DNA of 63,127 nt, counting the filler, from Basidioascus undulatus (lineage: Eukaryota): the NCBI GenBank assembly GCA_000826855.1. It is 5 parts of 5 records of this genome, joined end to end, with 100 filler letters (N's around TTAATTAATTAA, not from the genome) between each part and the next. Parts side by side here need not be neighbours in the genome. Positions count along the whole stretch, not along the records: positions 12,661 to 25,210 come from JTLS01000894.1; 4 more parts are not named here. One strand, written 5' to 3'. Within the stretch, counting starts at the first letter, position 1, and every line of letters starts with the position of its first letter. This document shows, piece after piece, positions 12,661 through 25,200 of the stretch. Below the pieces are notes generated by a model. The model searched no databases. It saw only the letters and a list, made by a program, of their open reading frames with translations, and had not been told where the DNA came from. Both the position numbers and the translations under genes were made by a program.

Positions 12661-14940
12661 TGACAGTTGTCAGGAATCGGACTGGGTAGGGTATTCATGA
12701 CAGTGTCTCAGCCACAGCTGTCATTTATGTGTCACTTATGTAAAAAAATTAAGGGACATAAAAATGTCCTTAAGGGACATAAGCTTAAGGACATAAGTGA
12801 CAGTGCTAGTAGCACCATCCAGACATGATATAAGTAGCTTTCAGGGAGCTGTCCAACATGTCATCCCACCTGTCAGGCAGGTGGTCCAACATTAGGTCCA
12901 ACATGTCAGAGGGGCATCCAACATTGAGTCCAACATGTCAGCCAGCCATCCAAGATTGAATCCAACATGTCAGAGGCGTGTTCAACATGTCACACAACAT
13001 GTTGTCCAACATGTCAAGCAAGTGGTCCAACATGTCACACAACATGTTGTCCAACATGTCAAGCAAGTGGTCCAACATTTGGTCCAACATATCAACAGGC
13101 AATCTAACATGTTGGACTAACATGTTGGACTGTTGTCCAACACGTTAGGGGGTGGTTTCAACATGCATTCAACATGCTGTCTAACATCTCAAGGGTTCAT
13201 CCATACATGTTGTTCATTGTTCAACAGTGAAGTTAAGCTAATCCTCATATTTAATGTCAATGAAATCCAGCAAAACCTCAGGAAAATCCAATGAACCTGA
13301 ATCCTGACCAGCTGAACCTCACCTTTTTTTTTTAGTTGAACCTGGCTACTATTCAGCTGAACTTTCATTCATTCATCTGAACCTATACCATTCAGTTGAG
13401 CCTGGGATGTGGGCACAGATATCAGCACTGAGATGGACAGATGAGGGTATACATGAATGTCCTGCAAAACATGGACAAGGAAGTAAACATGGACATGTAT
13501 GTTGACACAGATATTTGCATTTGCATGGCCACAAACATGGACACTGGTATGATGAGTATGGACACACAGACATTGACCCAAGGATTAGTTTAATTTGGGA
13601 TGAATAGGCATACTCCTAACAATCAATCAGTGGCCTTTCAGTGAATGTCCTTTGGCAGAAAGGGCTTACACTCACAGTCCTTGACAGACATACATTGCAG
13701 TGACAATCTTTTGGCAGACAGTCCTTATAAGGACTGTCCTTTACCAAGGAGTCAGTCCTTGCACAGGCCTTTGGCAGACTGCGACTTTCCATGCAGTAAA
13801 TGTTATTGAGCAGACTGTCTTTCAAGGGCCTCTCCTTGTCAAAGTGGGCCATGCAGTGATTGCTCTTCAGAAGACAGCCTTTGCAATGGGTGACCTTCAG
13901 CTGACTATCCTTCAGCAGACTATCCTTCCCCTGACTGCATTGAGCAGACAATCAGACTGGCCTTCTGTTACTACCCTTAAGCAGCACAGTGAGAGCTGTT
14001 CACCAGACAGTTATTTCAGTAAAAGTCCTGCTGTGAACAGTATCTTCCAGGGACAATGTTCAAGCACACACGGTCATTTGCACTTCAGCAGACAGATCTG
14101 ATAGTGAATGTTCTTTAGAGGATGATAAGACAGGGTTTTCATGGCTTCCATTCAGTAGACATATATATACAGAAGGTCTTCTCAGTGATTGTCTCTTAGG
14201 GGACTGCCATTGAGCAGATAGTCAGACAGGCATTCCAATCACTGTCTTCAAGTACTGTGCTTTCAATTACTGTGCTTTCATTGGCAGTCTTTTCAATCAC
14301 TGTAATTTTAGTGACTGTTCCTTTGTAGACAGTTCTTCCATTGACTATCCCTTAGTGTACTGTTTGCATTCCCTTAGTGGCATTTTCAGTGGACTGTCAT
14401 TGAAGGAACATTGTATCCTTCTGGTGTCTCTCTGTGCAATGAATGCCTGTCCTTTGTGATGTCTGTCCTGAAAGAGACTGCACTTCAGCATCCACTGTCA
14501 GGAAGGAGAGTGTCCCCTAGAGCAGACTGTCCTTAAGCAGACAGTGAGGCAGGTGTCCTATAAATGACTATCCTTTTAGGCATGTCCCTCCAGGAGACTG
14601 TCCTTGGACAAACTGTCAGGCAGTTGCTATTTTGAAGTGCACTTTCCTGCAGCATGAGCCTACACAGTCAGTTCAGATGAACCAGGTTTGGCCCAGCTGC
14701 ACTGGAGCCCAGCCCAGCTGAAACTGTTGATTTTTGCTGAATGACAAAGTGGTTAGCTAAACATGAGCAGATTGAGCTGAATCTGCCTTGCACTCAGCTG
14801 GTCCCTGCCTTTCAGCTGAGCTGTAATGTGTTCAGCTGAACCCAGGGCAAATTCAGCTGAACCTGGGTTTATTTCAGCTGAACCTTGCATTTCTGGGTGC
14901 AGTTGAGCTGAATCTGGGTTGTCAATGACCATTACACTTT
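12661..14940. mobile_element. CpG-depleted island of nested short-repeat arrays, probably eroded non-autonomous DNA transposons/MITEs
   Basis: About six CpG counted by eye in 12661-15300. Distinct motif arrays: GGACATAA, TCCAACATGT, TTCAGCTGAAC, ACATGGAC and CAGACTGTCCTT. CAC...GTG-like termini. No transposase ORF. Confidence 0.55.
12850..13200. repeat. TCCAACATG(T) array including a perfect 45-bp tandem duplication
   Basis: Many copies of TCCAACATG. CAACATGTCACACAACATGTTGTCCAACATGTCAAGCAAGTGGTC occurs at 12983-13027 and 13028-13072. Inverted copies CATGTTGGAC lie near 13108-13130. Confidence 0.9.
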
Positions 14941-15442
14941 TGCCAAAGTCTTTCCCTGCTAGATTCAGTGGAATCTGTCACTCCCCAATACCTCCATTTC
15001 TCTAGAGATCGAGAGACTCCATGTCCTCATGGACTCATGATGTCTACAGGGAGGTGGTGTACTCATCTTGACCAGCAGTGAGTGTGAGCTGGTAATACTC
15101 TGAAAGTAGCAACTCATCTACTGGAGCCACAAGTGCCCTCCTTTCAACAATAAGACACTGTTAGTATGCAATGTGACACAGCCTGGATTACACAGATGGA
15201 ACAAGGCTCAGGTGGGTCTGTCTTTGTATGGACTAAAGAAAGTGGTGATCCTGAGTTTTACATGATTGCAGTTTTGTTGCTTTTCAGTTGAACTTTATAT
15301 GAGAAGCTCGTCACTTTGGTCAAAGCCCTGCACTCCATGTTTGAAGTGGACTTCTGACAAGTCAGGAGGTGACAGTGACGCTTCTCGTCTTTCTTCTTCT
15401 GTCATCACCCAACTACCACTGTCCCTTCTGACAACAGTTGCT

Positions 15443-16271
15443 ATGGTGAGTGTGCCTCCTCTCTTTAATGAAGGTGAGACTGGCGGTCTCAAGACTGAAA
15501 TTGCACTGCACGGCAGGCCCCACCTACTCTCCCACCCGAGCTACAAGCTGAAATCCTCACCTACACTTCCCTCATTCTCTCCCAACATCCTCCAGTCCCT
15601 CCGGCCCATCTGGCGCACGATCGCAGACCCCGTCATGCTTTACATCATGGACCCTGGAGCACTGATGTTTTGCTATCTTCCCCATCCTCATGAGTGGCTT
15701 GCCTTGACGCTCGCACTCCATCCAGACCTCGGACGGCACATTGTGCACCTCTCCATCTCCAAAGCCTGCCGGTAACCGCACTCGACACCCCATGTGCTGG
15801 TGCACTGCACTCGACACCGTCAACTTCGCAGGCTTGCGGAATGTGACCATCCTCGCAGAGTTGGATCAGGTGGTGGCCACGCTGGGGAAAGCGCAGCCCA
15901 GAGCGGTGAGAGGCTTAGACCCGGACTTTCTGCCAGTGATTAGAGCGTGGACCGAGCGGCTGGAGGAAGTAGAAGTGTGAGGTTGGGATACGGCGCTCGA
16001 GTCCGAGTCAGGGTGGGACTGGACGGCACAGGCCCCGAGTGTGAGGCGGATCAGGCTATACGAAGGCTTTCGTGACCGGGAAGACATCGACGTCGTCGCG
16101 GGTCAGCTGAGAAGGTACATTAGGGGCTGGAGGGGAGGGCTGGACCCTGTCCAGCTGGAAGTGACGGAGTCCTCGCAGATGGAACCGGTGTTTCGGGAGG
16201 CGGGAAAGGAGGTGGAGTGCGAGGGATTGTCGAAGAGGGTGGATATCGTCGTGGTACCGGATCCATGGTAG
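15443..16271 (+). pseudogene. F-box-like protein pseudogene
   Basis: ATG followed directly by a GTGAGT intron, then APPTLPPELQAEILTY (F-box-like). Continuation LRPIWRTIADPVMLY is in another frame. A further shift occurs near 15775 and an in-frame TGA at 15978-15980. Confidence 0.65.
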
Positions 16272-16688
16272 ACACGGAATGCTATGCTGAAGACGGAAGG
16301 TCACTGTGGATGGGAGGGGACTTCGAAAGATCGCCGCACTATCGAAGCTGTGGTTCACTTGCCGGCCTGCATGCAGCGGCTTGTCGGGGCTATAAAGCAC
16401 GTAAAATAATGCTGCGAATAATCTACTGTCCATGAACTATTCCTTTCGATTCAGAAGGGGCAACAAGCCGGCTCAATTGCGTGTAATCGACGCTGCAGCG
16501 CGCCTGAAACGCGGAACGAGCCTGCCAGCGCTCAACGACGCAGTCGCGCACGCGCCTCCGTCTCCCGCTCACCGCCATCATCATCTCCCGCCTCGTCCTT
16601 GCATCCACGCTCGTCAGTCCCTGCGCGATCCCAACCAGTGCCTGGACATAATCGCACATATTCTGACTTTCGATCTCGGAGGCAGGCC

Positions 16689-18674
16689 ATGTCGGACGGA
16701 ATTGGCATTGCGAACCTGCCCAACCAGCGGCACAAAAGTGCGCCCTCTCCTCGGGCTGTGATCGCAGGCTGCTGAAGGCTGACTTGCTGCGTGGGATACC
16801 CGCAGTTGGTCAGTCTAGGGTCTCATACGTGTGAAAGCTCGTGAGGGAGCGGGCTGGCTTTGGACGTCTTGGGAGGGAGGGGACGAACCGGGAGTCGGGG
16901 GTCGAGCCCGAACGAGGCAGCGGCTTCGACGATACACGTCCTCTCCCGGACCAATTGTTCGAGCAGCGGAGCAGGATAGCTGACGCTTGCTCTGATCGGA
17001 AACAGTCGCCAAGCGTGGCGCTCACTTCACGCTGATGGTCGTTGGCGAGTCGGGTCTGGGCAAGGTGCGTGTGCGCTCTGTTCACGAGGAGGGTTGGGAG
17101 ACGCTGACTGTCCAGACTACAGAGCACTCTCATCAACACCCTCTTCTCTACCGAGCTTTCCGCTGCGAAGGACTACCGCCGGCGCCACGCGAAGCAGCTG
17201 GACAAGACGACCGAGATCGAGATCATCAAGGCGTGCGTTACCCCGCACTTAGCATTGGGCACCAGATGGAGGGAGCTAAGGCGCAGGCGGGGATGGTTCT
17301 GATAACCAGGGAGCTCGAAGAGAAGCAGTTCAAGGTCAAGCTGACTGTCATCGACACGCCGGTGCGTCCGTGGCCGGTATGGGAGATTGGGTGAGGCGGT
17401 CTGAACCGGGAGGGAGGCCAGGGCTTCGGCGACTACGTCAACAACCGCGATTCTTGGACCCCTATCATCGACTTCATCGACGACCAGCACGAGGCGTACA
17501 TGCGGTGCGTCTCACCTTGCAGCAGCGCGGACCGCAGGACTGGCGTCTGAAACATTCCTTGTCCGCGCACACAGCCAAGAGCAGCAGCCGAACCGTAAGG
17601 AGAAGATCGACCTCCGTGTCCACGCCTGTCTCTACTTCGTTCGCCCCACGGGCCACACGTGCGTCCCTTCCGCTCCCGGCTCCCAGGCTGCCATCTGCGC
17701 TGACCAGACGGGTCCCTCTTCCAGCCTCAAGCCCCTCGACATCGAGATCATGAAGCGTCTCGGCACGAGGGTCAACCTCGTCCCGGTCGTCGCCAAGGCC
17801 GACACGCTCACGTCCGAGGACCTCGCGATGTTCAAGAAGCGCGTCCTCGAGGTCGTCGCTGCGCAGGGCATCAAGATCTACACTCCCCCGGTCGAGACCG
17901 ACGACGAGAGCAACCAACTGCACGTCAAGGAGCTCATCGTGCGTGCCCAGTTACCAATCATGGAGCGTGGGCGGCGGGGCGGGAACATGGAGACGTGTCT
18001 TGCAGTGACGGGGGCGTCAAATGCTGACGGCGAGAGCGGGTTCAGGACGCCATGCCTTTCTCGATCATCGGCTCTACCGAGGACGTGAAGAACGCCGAGG
18101 GCAAGCTCGTCAAGGGTCGGCAGTACCTGTGGGGTGTTGCGGAGGGTCAGTAACTTTCGTCTTCCCCCTCGGTCAGAAACAGGGTTGCTCAACCTGCGTG
18201 ACACCATCCGCAGTGGAGAACGAGGAGCACTGCGACTTCCGCAAGCTGCGGCAGCTGCTGATCCGGACGCACATGCTCGACCTCATCAGTACGACCGAGG
18301 AGACCCACTACGAGTACTACCGCCAGTCGCAGATGGAGACGCGCAAGTACGGCGAGCCCAAGGTCAAGAAGCTCGACAACCCCAAGTTCAAGGAGGAGGA
18401 GGAGGCCCTCCGCCGCCGCTTCACGGAGCAGGTCAAGCTCGAGGAGGGCCGCTTCAGGCAATGGGAGCAGCACGTGCGTCCCCCGATCTTTGTTTGACAT
18501 ACCTTCCATGGAAGGCACACGAAAAGTGACTGTCTCGGATGGGGAATTCAGCTCATCGCCGAGCGCGACCGCCTCAACAAGGACCTCGAGTCTGCGCACT
18601 CGGCGATCAAGTCGCTCGAGGCCGAGCTGGACGCGCTCCAGAGCGGCTACGGGCGGGGCAGCCAGCGCCGCTGA
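16689..18674 (+). CDS. CDC12: septin, Cdc12/Spn4/AspC group
   Basis: [72 protein letters not shown], coiled coil [24 protein letters not shown]. The model includes a 3-nt exon at 16806-16808. Confidence 0.95.
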
Positions 18675-19225
18675 TTCGCTGTTTCTCTCTTCTCTCTCTG
18701 CTCCCACGCTCTTTCGTACGCCTGTCGTCGCTCCTTACCGTATTCTTTAGTTCCCTCCCACTGTTGCCGATATCTCGTAGTCTTTACGCATACCCAAGCT
18801 TGCTTACTTTTTTTCCGCTCTTTCAGTACTGCTTTCTTCCCGCGTATGTTCTTGGTCGATGAGAGGAGGCCGCTCGGCTTCCATGAAAACATTTCAAAAA
18901 TCTCAACTGTTATCGGAGTGTACATGTGCTTCAGTCCGAGTGAACCAAACGCCTATGCTTCAAGCGTCCACGTAGACTCAACCAATGAGTGGCATGCAAA
19001 AATTCAATGCGGCAACGTGCACATATCGACTGAATAGAAAAGAGGACAATTAGGCGAGCGTGATATGCGTAATCGTGGATGGTTGCGTGATGTGAGCGAC
19101 AAAATGCGAAACGTATGCGTGAACAGCGGACGACGGAACAAAACAAGGACGGATGAGAGCGAAATGAAAACGGTTCCCAAAGGGAGTGAAAGGTATAATG
19201 TTGATGCGGCGTGATGAGCGGGAAA

Positions 19226-22200
19226 TTAGAGCGGCGAGGGAAGGCGGATGTCTTTAGACGGGGCGGGGTCAGAATCGTCCGCGCGAGTCCACTTGTCTGT
19301 TCGGAGGAGAGCCGTATATCAGGAGCGTTTGAGCAGAAGAGAAACGCAAGGCAGGACGTACCGGGACTGGCAACAAAGTAACATTCGATAGCGTCGACTG
19401 TGGGTCGCCTCCTCCGTCAGAACACAACAGGCAAAGTTGATAGATAATCGCTTGACTCACCGAATCGTTTTTGGTATTCCGCAGGCGGCAGGACCGTAAC
19501 TTTCGAGGCCCGAGCGGATTGCGAAGGGTTAAAGAGCGCTTGCTTCGAGCTGCGCAGAGAGGGCCACCCGTTAGCAGTCGGACCGCCAGGGAGAGACGGC
19601 ATCGGGGAAAACGCACTGCTTGCCGGCGCTCTCGAGCAGCTTCGCGAGTGTGTAAGCGCCAATGGCGTCGATGATGCCGATCACGAGTTCCTTCTTCTTC
19701 TCATCGATGCCAACAAGGAGAGCTGTGTGTCGGTACAGTTGTGAGTAATCGGTCGTCGCAACGGTTGAGAAAATCACGCCTCACAGTAGTCCCTGTTGAG
19801 GAAACGCGTGCGAGCCGTACGGTCAGCGGGGCGCTGCGACTCAAGTATCGAAGGCGATGCTTACATGATGTTCTGCTCGGCGAGGAAGGTCGTGTCACTG
19901 TTGATGGCGGCGCGGATGACGTTCTTCGCGTGTGGCTGCAACACGTGTAGTCGCTTGTATTGGGCTATACCGTGTACGGCGTTCGATGAGCAGGCTAGCG
20001 CCAGCGGGAGGGAGCCATCTGCTTACGGTCTTCCCAGTCGGCGTCGCCAAGCGTGCTGCCAGACTTGACTTTGCGACCTTCGATGCCCTGATGGCAAACG
20101 CAGAGTTGAGCGTGTTTCAACGACTGCTCAGTCAGGAATGAGACTCACCTTCAGATCAAAGACGCGCGAAATTGACTGTTCGAAGAAGAGGTTTTCCTGC
20201 AGTGGTCGTCAGTCTCGCATGCCGCGCCGGCAGTGTCCGTAAGCGTACCATGATGAGGACGTCCATGCGGGTCGGTGGAGCCTTTGACTCGGTGTTCGCG
20301 ATTTTCAGGCTGTAGAAGCCCAAGATCTTGCACAGCAGCGTTGGCTTGTCCTGCATCATCAAATGTCCGTCAGCAGTGGCCCCGGGCGCAGAAGGCTCGA
20401 ACTCAAGAACTTGCCTCGTCCATGTACTTGAAGTAGGCTGGAGCCCACTCGAGTAGTGCGTGCTGATGAAAGCGCGTGTCAGAGGCAGAGCTCGGAGGGT
20501 GAAACAGCGCGTCTGTCATACCTTGTCGTCCACAGTCCAGCTGCTCGTGAGCTGCTTGATCACGAAGCGGTCGTCGGCTGTCTTGAAAAAAGACGCCTTG
20601 GTCTTGCCGCCCTCGGCGTTCCACGGGGTGCTACGAGCGAGGGAGTTGACGTAGTCCTTGTCCACGCCGCATCGACGACGAAGAGCATCGAACTGAAACG
20701 CCGTGCTGTCAGCCACGACGAGAAAGAAGCATCACGAGAATCTGCGCCAACCTTTTCGGCGTAGTAGATGGTGCAGCTGAGGGTTAAAAGGGTCAACAAT
20801 TGCAGATGCCGGACGGCAATGCCCGCGACTGACCTGATCTTGATCTTCCGACCGCCAAAGTCATACCGCACATGCGGCGAGTCCTCGACCGGCGCGTCCT
20901 CCAGCGGCGACGGTCTCTCGGCGATTGGGGTTCCGGGGTCGCTCTCCGACGCAGGGGGCAGCGTCTTGCGGCCGAATGTAAGGAACGAGCTGAGCGAGTC
21001 GGACGCGCGGCTAGTGAGCGACGGGCGGACGGGCATGTCCTTGGGTGGGAGCTCAGGCGCGATCTCCTCCTCGTCGTCGTCCTCAACGGCGTCCTCGTTC
21101 TCCTCGACGATGCGCGGGCCGATCGTGCGGTCGCTCTCGATCGTCGCCGTCCGGCCGTGCGTGATGTTCGCGTCCGCAACTGACCCCTGGCTCAGGCCGG
21201 ACAGCGTGCTCAGCTCCGAAATGCGACGGTGCAACGGCGGCGGGCGAGTGGGCGAGTCGGTCGCGCTGCTGCGGGTTGGCGACGCGGGAGGGTTGGACGA
21301 CCCCGACGGAGAGCTGATGTGCGAGGGCGTGAGCGTCTTGACAGACGCGGGCGAGGCGTTTGAGCGCTCCTCTGAGGTCGGGCTGTCGGGCCGCTCGGAC
21401 GCCATGAGCTCCGCGAGGAACGCGTCGTCGTCGCGGATCTCCATCGTCGATCCGGGCTCGAGACGCATCGAGCTGCGCTTGCTGCCCGTGCCGTTCGTGT
21501 CGCCGGGTTCGAGCATGCTGACCGGCCGGCTGGGCGTGCGGAGGCGGAGGACGCCGAAGCCGTCGATGCTGCGCTTGGTGCTGAGCACGCGGAGGCTGAG
21601 CAGGCCCGACGACGCGTCCGCGGGGTCCTCCTTGCGCGAGATCGTCGACGTCCACGGCTCGGGATGGAATGCGCCCTCGTTCGCTTCGGGATCGGGCGTG
21701 CTCCGCCCGTCGAGCGTGGTGCGCGAGGCGGTGCTCGCGGCGAGGGTGCTGGGTTCCGGGATGGGCGTGAGCGTGGGTTCGCCGGATTCGGAAGGGCTCT
21801 CGATGGTCGGAGGGGAGGCTGTTGGGGGCTCGGGAGGCTTCTTCATATTTGCGAGCTCGTTGTAGTAGTCGACGGAGCTGGAGAAGAAGGAAAGTGTCAC
21901 AAAGGCTGCACAGAAGGTGGAGGCTGGGCAACCGCGACGCACGAGAGTGCAAACGCGATGATACTGGACGGCTCGTCCTCACGAACGAGGATAGAGCTGC
22001 CGGGGTACGCATGCACGCGGTCGTTGGTGAGGTACCTGTCATATCATCTCGCGTCAGCCCATCATTCGTCAATCAGCGTACCAGCATCGAAAAAGCTACG
22101 TACTCGGGAATGGTATGCTCCGCCTTCCTCCTCTCTTCGTCCTCCATCTGCTTGCGTTTCCTTGCCGCCTCCTTCATCGCCTCCGCCATCTTCTGCGCGG

Positions 22201-25200
22201 GCCCAGACTGCACGCCAGGGCTGATCGGCTTCCTGGGCGTCTCGGGCGCCTCCTCTTTCTCCCTCTCCTTCTTCTCCTTCTCCTTCTCCTTCTCTCTTTC
22301 CTTCTCCCTCTCGCCCTTGGGCTTGGGCAAGTGCTTCGCGCGCCAGCCGTCGATGCGGGCCCTGCAAGCGCGCGCGGATTCGGCAAGCGCGCGCCGGACG
22401 TCGTTGATCCGGCTCGGCTGCGTGCGCTCGAGGAGGTCGAACAGCGCCAGTTCCTCCTCGTTGAACGCCCGCTTGAGCCGGTTCAGGGACGCGGCTTCCG
22501 GGGTCGGGGGGAGCGGCCGCGAGCAGGGGACGAGCGCGAGGCGCGCCTCTTTGGACGACTCGGGCGGAGGCGGAGGCGAGGGTGTCGAGTCCGCAGCGCT
22601 GCTTGCGGCTGAGGCGGTCGATGACACGCTCAACGCGAGCGAGTCGCGGTTCGTGCCGCTCGCTTTGGCGGACGCCTCGACGTAGTCGGTCTGATGGAGT
22701 GGTGCGCCTTATCAGTGATCGCATCTTCGCATTGCAAACTAGAAGGAGTATAAACAAACGCACATGCAGCTGACTCAACCCCGCCCTAGCCTCAACCATG
22801 AAGAACGCGGCAATCTCCCTCTTCATATCCCTGACGAGCTTCTCCGCCGTCTCATGATCCACCAGCTCCGCCTCGCTGCAGCGGTGGTCGCGCTCCCCCT
22901 CGTGCTCGGCGTCGGCGTCGCTGACGTTCGGGTCGAGCTGGACCTTGGGCCCGCGCAGCTCGAACGGCGCCGGCGCGAGCTCGTCGAGCTCGAAGCGGAC
23001 CATGCGGGAGCGCGTGCGGAAGACGCGCACGATGTCCGTGCGCCGCGTGGGGAAGGCGAGGGCTGTCGCGGCGTGCGGGCAGAGCGCGGAGGGGATGAAG
23101 CGGTTGGAGTAGAGGAGGAGCTGGATGGCAACGAAAGTCAGCGGTAAGTGTGGTGCGATGAGAGCGGGACTGAGCGGACCTCGAGGCTTTTCCCGAACGA
23201 GTAGAGGCTGTGCCAAACCCCAATTTCAGCAACTCGCTCGTTCAGCAGGATCCCACAGCCGCCATGTGAGACTCACTATGTGCCATCCGCCATCCAAGCC
23301 GGCTCGCTCCGCTCTCCGCACTCCCTGCACTCGACCCACATATCGATCCCCTCCTCCTTCCCCCCCGCCCACTTCCCCATCCCCAGCGCAGCCTCCACCG
23401 CCTCTGGCAGCCTCTCCTTCTCCTTCTCCGCCTCCTCCTCGTTCCCTGCCTCCTCCGCACTTTCGAGCGCGACGACGTGCGCAGTGACGCGCCAGTTGGC
23501 GTGCGTCCAGCTCTCGCTCGCGCCCGGGCGCAGGTCCGCGAGGTCCTCGATCTTCTGGCCCAGCGTCGGGTCCGCGCGGGTGTAGTACGGGAGCTGGATG
23601 ACGCGGGGCGGCGTGGCGGGGAAGGGCGAGGCGGCGCCGCTGTACTCGAAGAGGACGGGGAGGGACTGGTGTCGAAGGAAGCCGCCGAGGGAGGCTGCAT
23701 TGCGAGTGAAGAATCAGAGTTCAGCTGTGGTGTGAAGATACAGACTAGACAGCCACACATACAGTTGTGGGTCATGAGCGACGCCAACCCTGCCTTGACG
23801 TCGCTAGCGATCTTGTTCCTAGCCTTTCCCTTCTCCTCGTCGCCGCCGCCGTCCTCTCCCGCCGCCCCAGCACCCGCAGCAACCCCGATCTGAGCCGCCC
23901 TGCGCGCCTGCGCGTACCCGACCTTGAGCGCAAACGCGTCCATGCTGACCCTGCGCGAGTCGACCTTGCGCCTCGCGCCCGCGCCCGCAGCGTGCGCGCG
24001 CGCCTCCTCGTCCTGCAGGCGCAGCACGAGCGCGGGTGCGGGGAACGCGCGCACGGAGGGCGAGGTGGAGAGGAGGAGGGCCTGCATCTGCCGCGCGACG
24101 CGCGCGAAGCGGTCGGGCTCGGCGAAGAGCGGGGGGGTCGCCGGCCCGGCGAACGGGGAGGATGGGCCGGAGCCGTCTTTGGGCGGAGGGGCAGGCGCCC
24201 CCGGAGGAGGGGGCGAGGACGGCCGCTGCCGTGACCAGGAGGCGAGCTTGTCGAGCGTCGAGCGGAAAAGGCTGTTCACCGATCGCTTCCGGTGGTGTTT
24301 CCGATGCGCGGCGTGTGCCGAGGAGGAGAGGTCGCCTGGGGAGGAGGGCGAGAGAACCTCAAAGGAGTCATGGTCCTCGGAGGCGATGGAGGGGGTCGGC
24401 GAGTGAGAGGGCGAGGAAGGCGGTGGGACATGCGAGTCGGACATGAGGGACTGCTCGAGGAGCAGGGAGAGCACGGAGAAGACCTAAAGACATGATGAGG
24501 GTTTAGCAACACAGGGCGATATGTCAGAAAAGTGAGAAGGAAAGCTCACCAGAATCTCAAGCACCTTCGCAACCCGTTCCGCCTCTTTGCCTTTCGCACC
24601 CCCAACAAGGAACGTCCCCCCCACACGTTTCACATCCTCTCCCTCCGTATCCTCCGCGCCGCCGCCAAATAGCGGTCGTCCATGCGGGATAGCCGTGCTA
24701 GCATGGCGCGCGAGTGAAGCGTGCGCATCCGGGATGAACACGACGCTGCGGGGCGCGGGCTGGTGCTCGAAGACAGAGAGCGAGAGGGCGAGGCGGGTGA
24801 GGCGGGGCGATGTGGGGGAGGCGGGGGAAGGTTTAGGGGTCTTATCAGACTCGGACGCGGATGATTGCTCGGCGGGCGTCGAGGGCGACTCGGCGGGCGA
24901 GGCAGCGGGCGAGGTCGCGGGCGAGAAAGCCTCGAGGAGCTTTAGCGCCATGTCGCGCTTGCGGGGGCGCGAAGGCTTGATCTCCTCCTTGACCGTGTCC
25001 TTGCTCTCCCTCCTCTCCCCATCGCCTATCGTCCCAGCCCCCAAACAGCGCGCGATGCGCTCCGCCCTTCCCTCGGCCTTGCGGCTGCGCGCGACGTCCG
25101 GGACGCGTTCGCGCACGTACTCCGCGAGGTCGAGCGCGGCGTTGAGGAGTGCGTCGGCCCAGTCGAGGTGCGTGCCTGGCGGGGGGTAGCTCGCGGGGGA

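Noticed and set aside
12935..13123. Repetitive peptide ORFs (VQHVTQHVVQH.. / MLDHLLDMLD..) as a RiPP or pheromone precursor
   Set aside because: By-product of the TCCAACATG DNA array. No signal peptide, KR processing sites, CAAX end or splice signals.
12850..13200. Possible CRISPR-like array
   Set aside because: Repeat units are about 10 bp, degenerate and nearly contiguous, with no unique 25-45 bp spacers and no cas genes, in a eukaryotic context.
20768..21865. Long antisense or overlapping ORFs (also 30414-31625, 35721-36779, 55405-56463, 59574-60648)
   Set aside because: Shadow ORFs expected opposite GC-rich coding exons; no independent motifs.
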